Below the pieces are notes generated by a model. That model searched no databases, was not told the DNA's origin, and saw only the letters and a program-made list of their open reading frames with translations. From a virus: DNA of 64,000 nucleotides. This document shows, one piece after another, positions 31,627 through 39,225 of this stretch. How positions within the stretch are numbered: the stretch's first letter is position 1; each line of letters begins with the position of its first letter. Both the position numbers and the translations under genes were made by a program. The DNA lies in IMG/VR virus record IMGVR_UViG_3300035698_014446, positions 28,206 through 92,205 of that record; one strand, given 5' to 3'.

Positions 31627-32260
31627 TAATTTTGACAGACTCAAAAAATTAGCTGGTGGTGGTTATACATGTAATTGTGACAGCGTTACACATATGGTAT
31701 GTGTTGGGTGTATGGCTAATAATGCTTTACGTGATTTGTCCATTAAGGCTTCTGAAAAGTTGGCTGAGATTAAAGAATGTCATCCGGATGTAATTATACC
31801 CATGTAACGGAGAAAAAATGGCAAGGGTAACTAACTGTTCCACAAAATGTATATATCGTTTAGTTTGTGAGGTGGACGGGTATATAGATAAATTGGTTAC
31901 TGGTTAAGATGGAAGTAATCAATGGTTAGTACATATAGTATTTCGGAATAATTGTGTAGCAATTCGAGAATCTGCTTTGTTTCGTTAGAAAATAAAGTAT
32001 GATTCGAGAATATTTTCAACCTTAAAAGGTGTATTTTACGTTCTATAAGGTATATTTTTATATCTCATATACGTTCTAATATATCTTTATACCCATTTAT
32101 GTTGAAAATATTTGTACTCCAGTTATAGTTTTATTATTGCCTACATATATATATACTCAATGTTGACCCGGTATTTGTCAATATTCAGCACCGTCCGTTC
32201 TCTTACCCCGGTCCCGGCATCTGCGCGGCTGAGTCTGCGCCGCCGCCCGGCTTCCCGCCC

Positions 32261-32628
32261 GCGCGCTCCCCGTCCGGCGCGCGCCCGCGCTGCTCTGTGC
32301 GCATACGTCTAGCGCGCCTCGGTGCGATGCACGACTCGGCGCGCTGGTCTTCCCCCGCACCTGTCCGGCGCGCCTCGGTGTGGGGTCTGGCTGGGCGCGC
32401 CGGTCCGCCGTCGCCGCCCGTCCGGCGCGCCCGCCTTCCGTGCGCGCTTGGGCGCGCCGGTCACTTGTTCAAGGTGTCTCCTCGCGCGCTCCGGGTTGGC
32501 GCTCCAATCCGTGTCTCGCGCGCCGCCCTGCCAATGCCGCCTGCGCCAGCCGGGTAGCCCTGCCGTCCCCACCAGCTGAGCACCGCTAACCTGAACGCAC
32601 CAACCGGACCCCCGCCAATCGGGCGCGC
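32261..32628. repeat. Array of ~12 GCGCGC-core motifs with ~27-34 bp spacing (iteron-like), A-depleted on the + strand
   Basis: GCGCGC at 32261, 32277, 32312, 32339, 32368, 32395, 32425, 32442, 32452, 32484, 32518, 32623. Confidence 0.7.
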
Positions 32629-32640
32629 TCTGTTGGGAAA

Positions 32641-33150
32641 AACCAGCCAAGCCGAAAAAAGGCGGGTTGGCAAAACAAAAAGCCAAGCCAAGCCAAACCA
32701 TACCCCCGCTCTCCACCAACCACGCACCCCCCGCCAGCGCAAGCGGGCACGAGGAAATGCTACACGCCAAGGCGAAAAACCAGCCCCCACCGGGAAAAGC
32801 TAGCCGGGAAAAGCCACACCCGGTTACGCAAAGCCAGCCGTTGGGACGAAAAGCCAGCCTTTGCCAGCAAAGCCCCCGCTGAGGAAACGCGCCAACCGAG
32901 GCAGAGAGCCACTAAACCGGGTGAAGCCCCACGGAAAAGGGGCCGCCGCACCCACACCCATAGGGCCGCCGCACCGACGCAAACACCCCCGCCGCACCAA
33001 CACCATCGCCCCCCGCCGCAACCCCGCCCAACAGACCGAGAAGCACCCACCCGCGCCAACAACGCCCGGCAAAGCGAAACGGAAACACAAAACCCGAGAG
33101 CCGAGGCCGAGCGATAAGGCCGAGCAACAAGGCTGAACCGCCAAAGCGGG
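32641..33150. other. T-depleted, probably non-coding GC/A-rich tract with AAGCC(A) and GCCGCACC repeats
   Basis: 21 T in 32641-33120 (480 nt) by hand count. Confidence 0.75.
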
Positions 33151-33323
33151 TTAAGTTGTGTGGCGTCCGCACCACGCCGCTCCACCGCACGGGAAGCCGC
33201 GCCCGGGGCCAAGAATCACCGGGGCGTCGCCCCCACCTCGACCGCGCCAACGTAGACGGGAAGCCAAAGGAAGGGCCACGCCGAGGTCGAGGACAGGGCA
33301 ACACACCAAGACGGGCGCAGAAA

Positions 33324-33362
33324 TGTGGTCCGCTCGACACATCGCGTAGTCCCGACACTACG
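33324..33362 (+). promoter_or_regulatory. Tandem upstream activator-like palindromes (TGT-N12-ACA and CGT-N12-ACG) for promoter 1
   Basis: tgtggtccgctcgacaca (33324) and cgtagtcccgacactacg (33345), 21 bp apart. Confidence 0.55.
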
Positions 33363-33413
33363 CCACCGGACCGCGCACCCCCTCTCCTGGCCTCCCGTGA
33401 AGGGTACGCGCTC

Positions 33414-33428
33414 TGGCACGCGGGTTGC
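33414..33428 (+). promoter_or_regulatory. sigma54 (RpoN) -24/-12 promoter 1
   Basis: TGGCACG-CGGG-TTGC, followed by tcttttttagg. Confidence 0.85.
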
Positions 33429-33497
33429 TCTTTTTTAGGTGGGGGCCGCCCACCGGGCGGCTCCCGCCGCCCCCCTGTCGGGGGCGGACCACGAATC

Positions 33498-33535
33498 GGG
33501 GCCACCCGTCCCCACGAGTCGGGCAGAATAGGAGC
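33498..33535 (+). ncRNA. 5'-UTR pseudoknot motif copy 1 with SD
   Basis: P1 gggg/cccc, P2 cccg/cggg, loop acgagt, then cagaataggag. Confidence 0.6.
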
Positions 33536-33542
33536 ACCAACC

Positions 33543-34016
33543 ATGACCACAAAACAAACGAACGAAGAAAGGGCCGCCGCACACCGTGCCGCCGCCACCG
33601 AACACGAAGCCCGTGCTGCCGGACCCGCCACAGGAGGCCGGACCGACAACCACGAAGCCCGCGCCGCCGAACACCGGGCCGCCGCCCAAACACACACAGC
33701 AGCCGCCGCCGCACAACGAACAGCAGCCGCACCGGCAACCAGCACCGAGAAAAAGTGCACCGACGCCAACGCCGCCGACGTCACAACGACACACGCCACC
33801 GACGCCACGCTCGCCGCCGCCGACGCCCGCAACGGCGTACCGGCAACCAGCACCGAACAAGCCGCCGCCGGAGCCGCCGCCGAAGCCGCAGCGGCGCAGA
33901 ACGAAGCCGAGCGCCAGACGGACCGGGGTCGCCCCGACCATGCCGCTCGCGCCCGGACCGAAGCCGCCGAAGCGCACGATGCAGCAGCAGCACATCACCG
34001 CACCGCCGCCGAGTAG
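33543..34016 (+). CDS. Ala/His/Thr-rich early protein encoded almost without T
   Basis: AGGAG RBS, first gene after promoter 1, 14 T in 474 nt, HRAAA repeats. Confidence 0.75.
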   Translation: MTTKQTNEERAAAHRAAATEHEARAAGPATGGRTDNHEARAAEHRAAAQTHTAAAAAQRTAAAPATSTEKKCTDANAADVTTTHATDATLAAADARNGVPATSTEQAAAGAAAEAAAAQNEAERQTDRGRPDHAARARTEAAEAHDAAAAHHRTAAE

Positions 34017-34136
34017 CACAACAGCCCCGCCCCTCGGCCAGCGAGCCGGGGGGCCGTCGGGCCAGCCCCCGCAACAGCGGGGGCGAGCCCGGCGCGACCG
34101 AGCGACCCGCACAAGCGGGAAGCCGACGACGCCAAA

Positions 34137-34177
34137 CGGGACCAGTCCGGACCCGACCAAACCGGGCAGAACAGGAG
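34137..34177 (+). ncRNA. 5'-UTR pseudoknot motif copy 2 with SD
   Basis: P1 cggg/cccg, P2 gtccgg/ccgggc, then agaacaggag. Confidence 0.6.
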
Positions 34178-34185
34178 CAACGATC

Positions 34186-34755
34186 ATGGGAACCAGACAA
34201 AGCAAGAACAGCACAGGCCGCAAGGCCACAGAGGCCAAAACAGGAACCGCAACCCCCAACACGATCAGCAAGGCCACGCCGCCGAGCGCACCCGCGCCGA
34301 CCCCCGCCGAAACCACCGTGCCCACCTCATCGGTCGTCGATGTCCGCGACCTCTCAGTTGCCGAGCTTCGACTACTGCTGACAGAGGCCAAAACACGCGA
34401 AGCTCCCGCCAAGGCCGCAGCCAAAGGACAGGCTAAGCTCGCCAAACTCCGGACCTATGCGGTCCGGCAGCGGGCGTGGGCCGAGTCGCAGACTGCCAAA
34501 GCTAGCACGGCGTGCGACCGGGCCGACAAGGCCGAGGCCGCACTGGCGACCTACGAGGCCAAGTTGGGCATCGACCCCGCGACGGAGGCCGAAATCGCCG
34601 CGACTCTCGCCGCGCTGATCGCCTCCGGGCGAGTCGTACAAGTCGATTCGTCCTCTCTCGTCGGGCCAGAGCCGGAGGGGACCGAGGCTGAGACCGCAGT
34701 CGCCGACGTCGAAACCGCCAAGACCGACGACAAGGCCGACTCCGCCGCCGCGTAG
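34186..34755 (+). CDS. Early coiled-coil protein, GC-rich paralogue of 37239-37847
   Basis: LSVAELRLL...KLAKLRTYAVRQRAWA...YEAKLG...GRVVQV aligns without gaps to the paralogue. Confidence 0.85.
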   Translation: MGTRQSKNSTGRKATEAKTGTATPNTISKATPPSAPAPTPAETTVPTSSVVDVRDLSVAELRLLLTEAKTREAPAKAAAKGQAKLAKLRTYAVRQRAWAESQTAKASTACDRADKAEAALATYEAKLGIDPATEAEIAATLAALIASGRVVQVDSSSLVGPEPEGTEAETAVADVETAKTDDKADSAAA

Positions 34756-34975
34756 TGCGGAACCAGCTCCACCGACGCCCCCGCCTCGTGCGGGGGCCAT
34801 CGGGCCGACGCCCCGACCAACCGGGGGCGTCCGCCCGGTGACGGACCGCCAACGGGGACGGTGCACGTCCGCTGCGAGCGGACGCCGCCTCCGGGGGCCG
34901 ACTGCGCCTCCGCTACGAGCGGGGAGCGTCGGGGGCCAGCGCGCGAGCGCGGGCCGCCCCGCCAAGGCGGGCGAA
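34756..34975 (+). other. Cluster of about six GC-rich stem-loops in an intergenic spacer
   Basis: e.g. gcccccgc/gcgggggc, gacgcccc/ggggcgtc, cgtccgc/gcggacg. Confidence 0.55.
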
Positions 34976-34982
34976 CAGACAC

Positions 34983-35019
34983 GGGCACGGGTCCGCCCAC
35001 GAACGGCCCAGAACAGGAG
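34983..35019 (+). ncRNA. 5'-UTR pseudoknot motif copy 3 with SD
   Basis: P1 gggc/gccc, P2 gggtc/ggccc, loop acgaa. Confidence 0.6.
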
Positions 35020-35027
35020 CAAGAACA

Positions 35028-35288
35028 ATGGAACACGAACAAGAACAGAAAAGAGCAATCGTTATCAGCTATCGCGAGCTGTACAAGCTTGGTATGCCCA
35101 ACGACGAGATACACGGTATTCTCGTTGTGGGACACGACAAGTGGGCAGCTATCGGGGCTACGGTTGACCTCTACATGGATCCCAACGAAAACACAGCGTA
35201 TCTCGTCGTCCGGGGTGTTAGCGAAGCAATCATAGCGCTAGTACACGAAATGACTGACCAAATGATAGACATCAGCTACACTGACTAA
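35028..35288 (+). CDS. Hypothetical early protein
   Basis: AGGAG RBS and pseudoknot leader. Confidence 0.7.
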   Translation: MEHEQEQKRAIVISYRELYKLGMPNDEIHGILVVGHDKWAAIGATVDLYMDPNENTAYLVVRGVSEAIIALVHEMTDQMIDISYTD

Positions 35289-35399
35289 GCAACAACCGAA
35301 TAATCAACAACTAACGTTTCCCCGGCTTGCCGGGGCCACCGGGTCATCATCCGCGTATGCGGGCATCCGCTCGGTGTGTAGGTGTACACCAAACCAAAC

Positions 35400-35436
35400 G
35401 GGTATGGACCGGCCCACGAATGGTCCAGAACAGGAA
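35400..35436 (+). ncRNA. 5'-UTR pseudoknot motif copy 4
   Basis: P1 gggt/gccc, P2 tggacc/ggtcca, loop acgaa. Confidence 0.6.
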
Positions 35437-35444
35437 CAGGAACC

Positions 35445-35939
35445 ATGAGACACAAACAGAAACAGGCGCAAACAACCACCTCAATGCACATTGATGCAGC
35501 ACAGGCACTTGACGCGTTGGCTACTGCTACTGATGATGCAGAACAGACCGCATCATACGTCGCTGATGCCGCTGAACACCGCCGCGCTGCCAGTGTAGCT
35601 AATCAAGCCACAGTTGTTAACAACTTGGTTAAACAAGCACAAAAGCAAGATAACGCAACAAAGGCTGCAGGTGGTATCGGGCATATTGCAGTAGCAACCG
35701 AACATCGTGTCGCTGCTGCCGCACATGATCAGGCAATGAAAAATGAGTTGGTGGAGCACATTAACGGACCAGATATAACCATCGAAGAAGTAATTGCCCT
35801 GTACAACGTGTTAGCACAGAACGAAATCCTTGAAAAAAGAGCATTGGATGACATGGTGGAAGAGATAGTGGAACATCTTTCCGGCGGTGACGTTACTAAG
35901 GAAGAAGTAATACGAATGTATTGCACATTAACGGAATAA
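35445..35939 (+). CDS. Ala-rich early protein related to 33543-34016, with a duplicated C-terminal motif
   Basis: AAEHRRAA and TEHRVAAAAHD. ELVEHINGPDITIEEVIALY repeated as EIVEHLSGGDVTKEEVIRMY. Confidence 0.65.
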   Translation: MRHKQKQAQTTTSMHIDAAQALDALATATDDAEQTASYVADAAEHRRAASVANQATVVNNLVKQAQKQDNATKAAGGIGHIAVATEHRVAAAAHDQAMKNELVEHINGPDITIEEVIALYNVLAQNEILEKRALDDMVEEIVEHLSGGDVTKEEVIRMYCTLTE

Positions 35940-36020
35940 AAACCACGTTAGCGGTAAATAGCGTTAACGTGCTGTGTGTACGTTGTGTTAAAACAACATG
36001 TATCAATGACTGTTGATGTA

Positions 36021-36194
36021 CATATACCACCGGTTGTATATGAGACATCATGAGAAGCATTGACATACAACCGATGGTATATGATGAGCATGTTACGTAC
36101 AAACAACATAATGTTGTGTTGAAACAACATGCCCAATGTACCAACCACAACCGGTGGTATACCGAACAGTACAATATACAACCGGTGGTATATG
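36021..36194. repeat. Four palindromic operator-like boxes, consensus ATAC(A/C)ACCGGT(G/T)GTAT
   Basis: Copies at ~36021, 36064, 36146, 36174. Confidence 0.75.
36091..36129 (+). promoter_or_regulatory. Tandem TGTT(A/G)-N8-CAACA upstream activator-like sites for promoter 2
   Basis: 36091 and 36112, 21 bp apart. A third copy at 35981. Confidence 0.7.
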
Positions 36195-36202
36195 TGGCTT
36201 TC

Positions 36203-36217
36203 TGGCACGCGGATTGC
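36203..36217 (+). promoter_or_regulatory. sigma54 promoter 2
   Basis: TGGCACG-CGGA-TTGC, followed by tcttctttagg. Confidence 0.85.
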
Positions 36218-36294
36218 TCTTCTTTAGGGTGGAGGCACAATCTCCAAGGGCAGGTCGCCAGTCTCGACGAATCTGGCAGATAGGAGCACGAACC

Positions 36295-36606
36295 ATGTGT
36301 GAGGAACGAACAGGGACTCCGGCTGAGGAACACGCCCGCGATCATGCGGACTTCGTGGCTGGACAGGAGGCCGTTACTGTTCTTGCCGGACAGGTCAGGA
36401 TGGGTCCGGTCGAGCAAGCCGCTGCGTGCGGCTACGCGGTTGATTGCAACGACTGTCAGCAGAGGCACAAATGCGCAAGGCACTCCATCAACGAACTGTG
36501 GCTTGTGGTTCACGCTAATCGCGACCACGACGCTATTCTTGAGGCGGCTGAAAGTAGGGCCATGACCGCAGAGAACCTGATCGGGGTCATCAAGCGGCTG
36601 CTGTAG
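36295..36606 (+). CDS. Hypothetical early protein with CxxC
   Basis: AGGAG RBS. First gene after promoter 2. Confidence 0.7.
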   Translation: MCEERTGTPAEEHARDHADFVAGQEAVTVLAGQVRMGPVEQAAACGYAVDCNDCQQRHKCARHSINELWLVVHANRDHDAILEAAESRAMTAENLIGVIKRLL

Positions 36607-36685
36607 CACTGATATCGTCCCTTGCTGATTGCAGGGGGCGTCAGGCCTACGTCCGCGATGGCGGACGTTAACCTAACGCAAATGA

Positions 36686-36722
36686 GGGTATGGGTTGACC
36701 CACGACAGACCCAGAACAGGAG
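36686..36722 (+). ncRNA. 5'-UTR pseudoknot motif copy 6 with SD
   Basis: P1 gggt/accc, P2 tgggtt/gaccca, loop acgaca. Confidence 0.6.
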
Positions 36723-36727
36723 TAGTC

Positions 36728-36925
36728 ATGAATGACAATATAACAGCAAAAGACATGGAAAACATCCAAATCGTCGACAAACACACCTATTATATTGTAA
36801 TTGTTGGCCAGGTGTACTTGTCGGCTAACAACAGCCTTACGCCAATATTGTCCGCAGCAAAACAATACCCCAATTATAACGCCGCAAGTTATGCTGCAGA
36901 TTTATGGCTCGAGAGTACGTATTAA
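36728..36925 (+). CDS. Hypothetical early protein
   Basis: AGGAG RBS and pseudoknot leader. Confidence 0.6.
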   Translation: MNDNITAKDMENIQIVDKHTYYIVIVGQVYLSANNSLTPILSAAKQYPNYNAASYAADLWLESTY

Positions 36926-37238
36926 CCACTATAACCTTTTTATGGGAATAGAATTATGATACTTGATTTAGACTCACGCAAACACGAAATAACTAACGAA
37001 AAGGAACAGATTGTCCATGTTGACAATGCAAAAGTATTTTGGATTAACGGCGAAGTCGAAGATTGCTCATTATCGTTTCAACGACTGGCAAACTTCAACT
37101 TTGATTTTGATAAACTCGACGACTTCTATAATAATAACTAACTTTCGCCGCTCCTAGCCCCAGCCGGTTCAATTCCGACAAGCGGTTTAATGAGTAAGAA
37201 ATTGAAAACTTAATAATACTTTTGAAAGGAAAAGAAAC

Positions 37239-37847
37239 ATGAGTAAAAGTAGAAAAAACAAAAGCAGTCAGAGTCCGAAACAGGTCCCAAAACGTGCTAG
37301 CGAAAAGGCAATGCGTGAAAGCACATCCAAGAAAGGGCCAAAACTATCGCCAAACACCCACGGAACTGAGAATAACCCAAAACAGGTTGACGAAAGTAAA
37401 ATTGCCGCCATCGACGCTGCTGCAGCCGATAAGCCTGAGAAAATAATCGACCCAAAGATTGCGGTAATACTGGCTAAGCCGCCAACTGAATTAACCGTCA
37501 AAGAGTTACGAATCCTGATCAAGTACAAGGAAGGCGACAAAATTGCAGCCAATGCTGCAGAGCGAGGCAAAAACAAGCTTGCCAAAATGCGAACGTATGC
37601 TATCCGTCAACGAGCGTGGGCAGACAGACAGACGGAAAAAGCCGAGGCATCCGAGAAGAAAGCCACAACCGCGGAGGCCAAACTGACTGAGTACGAGGTA
37701 AAGATTGGGGTTGAAGAATTGACTGACGAGGAGATTGACAAGGTACTAAAAGAATTGATGAGTCAAGGTCGTGTGGCTCAGATATCAATTAAGAAAATTT
37801 TGGAACCACACGAGGATGATCAAGCAGCAACAACGGTAATCAGTTAA
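37239..37847 (+). CDS. Coiled-coil protein, normal-composition paralogue of 34186-34755
   Basis: LTVKELRIL...KLAKMRTYAIRQRAWA...YEVKIG...GRVAQI. Confidence 0.85.
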   Translation: MSKSRKNKSSQSPKQVPKRASEKAMRESTSKKGPKLSPNTHGTENNPKQVDESKIAAIDAAAADKPEKIIDPKIAVILAKPPTELTVKELRILIKYKEGDKIAANAAERGKNKLAKMRTYAIRQRAWADRQTEKAEASEKKATTAEAKLTEYEVKIGVEELTDEEIDKVLKELMSQGRVAQISIKKILEPHEDDQAATTVIS

Positions 37848-37850
37848 TGA

Positions 37851-37902
37851 ATAGCTACGGTACGGCAGAGTTATAAGCTCTGTCGGTCCGTAACTGTTTT
37901 TT
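37851..37902 (+). terminator. Probable rho-independent terminator
   Basis: Imperfect stem tacgg..cggcagag/ctctgtcg..ccgta followed by a T-run. Confidence 0.55.
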
Positions 37903-38646
37903 AATTTTTAAAAGGAGCAGAAACATGAGTGCAAAATACGTAATATACCATAAAGGTGGTGGGTACTTACAGGAAGACGGTAACTACACTAATGATATTA
38001 AAAAAGCATGGATTTTCAACACCAAAGAAGATGCCGAAATTGAAATTGCTGGGTGTAGTGAAAAAGTGGAAACTGTAACTATATAATAATATTGTTTTAA
38101 TCAACACGATTAAAACATAAAAATAAAATTAGAGAGTTTAGACTAAAATGAAAGGAAATAAAGATGGAAGCTTATTTTTGTAAAAATTGTAAAGTAGTTA
38201 TTCTTGAAGATGAATTAGAGAATGACTGTTGTCCTCATTGTGGTAATGGGGAGCTAGAAATAGTTCCTAAAGAAACTCAATAACTTTTACCGGAAATACT
38301 GTAGTGATAACGCGTTAAATTGCGGAATCATCAGCTTAAAATCGAAGGGGTGGACTCTTGACAAAAGATCACCCACCCACGATCGCTTCATTGTGGCTTA
38401 CAAACCGGTTTTAACGATTCACAAGTGCTAATTAACAGAAGGACAAAATAACATGGCAACTATGGACCCAATACTGAAAAAAGAGATAAAAAGCGTTATA
38501 GAATCGTTTGAATTGTTTGCTGAGGAAGTACTACCTCAGTCCGGTTCAATAGTCTTTGATATCGGCAATCTGAACGATGGTCTATTATTGGCTAAAAAAG
38601 TGAAACACTACTTAGATGGTTTGGACTAAACAAAAGGAAGGACAGA

Positions 38647-39024
38647 ATGATGCAGATAGGTAATATTGAAAAACATTTAGAAGACAACTGTAGTCTTGAG
38701 GACATACAGGAGTTGAGCAAGGCTTTGGGTATAGCAATAAAGCACCTACCGAATATACTGGTGTCGGAATTGTACCTCAGGGCATTAACCGCCAGCGTTA
38801 ACATGATCGGACACAAGAAAGGCGATGAACCAGCAGCGGACCTGATCAAGCGGTTGTGCAAAGAGCATAATGAAACAGAAGAATACATCCGCGGGACAGC
38901 TATTGACGCAGCCATGCAGACGATATCAAGCTTAAAACATGGCGATATTTTTGACATGCTGGGTCTTGAGGATGATGATGAGTTATTCAAGTTTATTGAT
39001 ATTGCGATAATACTAAACCTGTGA
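38647..39024 (+). CDS. Hypothetical protein
   Basis: ORF with AAGGA RBS. Confidence 0.6.
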   Translation: MMQIGNIEKHLEDNCSLEDIQELSKALGIAIKHLPNILVSELYLRALTASVNMIGHKKGDEPAADLIKRLCKEHNETEEYIRGTAIDAAMQTISSLKHGDIFDMLGLEDDDELFKFIDIAIILNL

Positions 39025-39037
39025 ACAGTAGTGGGCG

Positions 39038-39142
39038 TGTTGCGTCGGTGCAACATGTGTTTATTCGGCGCAACATGGCCTACCGGGATATATACAACGG
39101 GTTGTATATTGGGTATCACTAACATACTACCCGTAGTATATG
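39038..39142 (+). promoter_or_regulatory. Tandem TGTT-N9-CAACA-type sites (39038, 39058) and two ATAC..GTAT palindromes (39089, 39123) upstream of promoter 3
   Basis: Same order and spacing as at promoter 2. Confidence 0.7.
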
Positions 39143-39148
39143 CCATCT

Positions 39149-39163
39149 TGGCACGAAGTTTGC
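39149..39163 (+). promoter_or_regulatory. sigma54 promoter 3
   Basis: TGGCACG-AAGT-TTGC, followed by tctttttagg. Confidence 0.85.
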
Positions 39164-39181
39164 TCTTTTTAGGGTAGAGAT

Positions 39182-39220
39182 TGGCGGCGGACCGGCCAGT
39201 GACAGGTTCGAGATTTGGAG
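39182..39220 (+). ncRNA. 5'-UTR pseudoknot motif copy 7 (fully covaried)
   Basis: P1 tggc/gcca, P2 ggacc/ggttc, then GGAG SD. Confidence 0.55.
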
Positions 39221-39225
39221 CAGTC

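Noticed and set aside
32190-35200. Contaminating or chimeric high-GC insert or mobile element
   Set aside because: No transposase, integrase or flanking duplications. It shares sigma54 promoters, pseudoknot leaders and paralogous genes with downstream DNA, and GC declines gradually on the right. The left junction still needs read support.
32112-35235. Many long overlapping ORFs in all six frames (e.g. 33586-34755 full length, 33425-34381, 32912-33853, 33435-34445)
   Set aside because: Stops need both T and A, so skewed GC-rich DNA gives long spurious frames. Only starts with an SD and the shared leader (33543, 34186, 35028) were kept.
35981-36194. CRISPR array
   Set aside because: The repeats are short degenerate palindromes with irregular spacing, they recur at 39038-39142 upstream of another promoter, and no cas genes are present.
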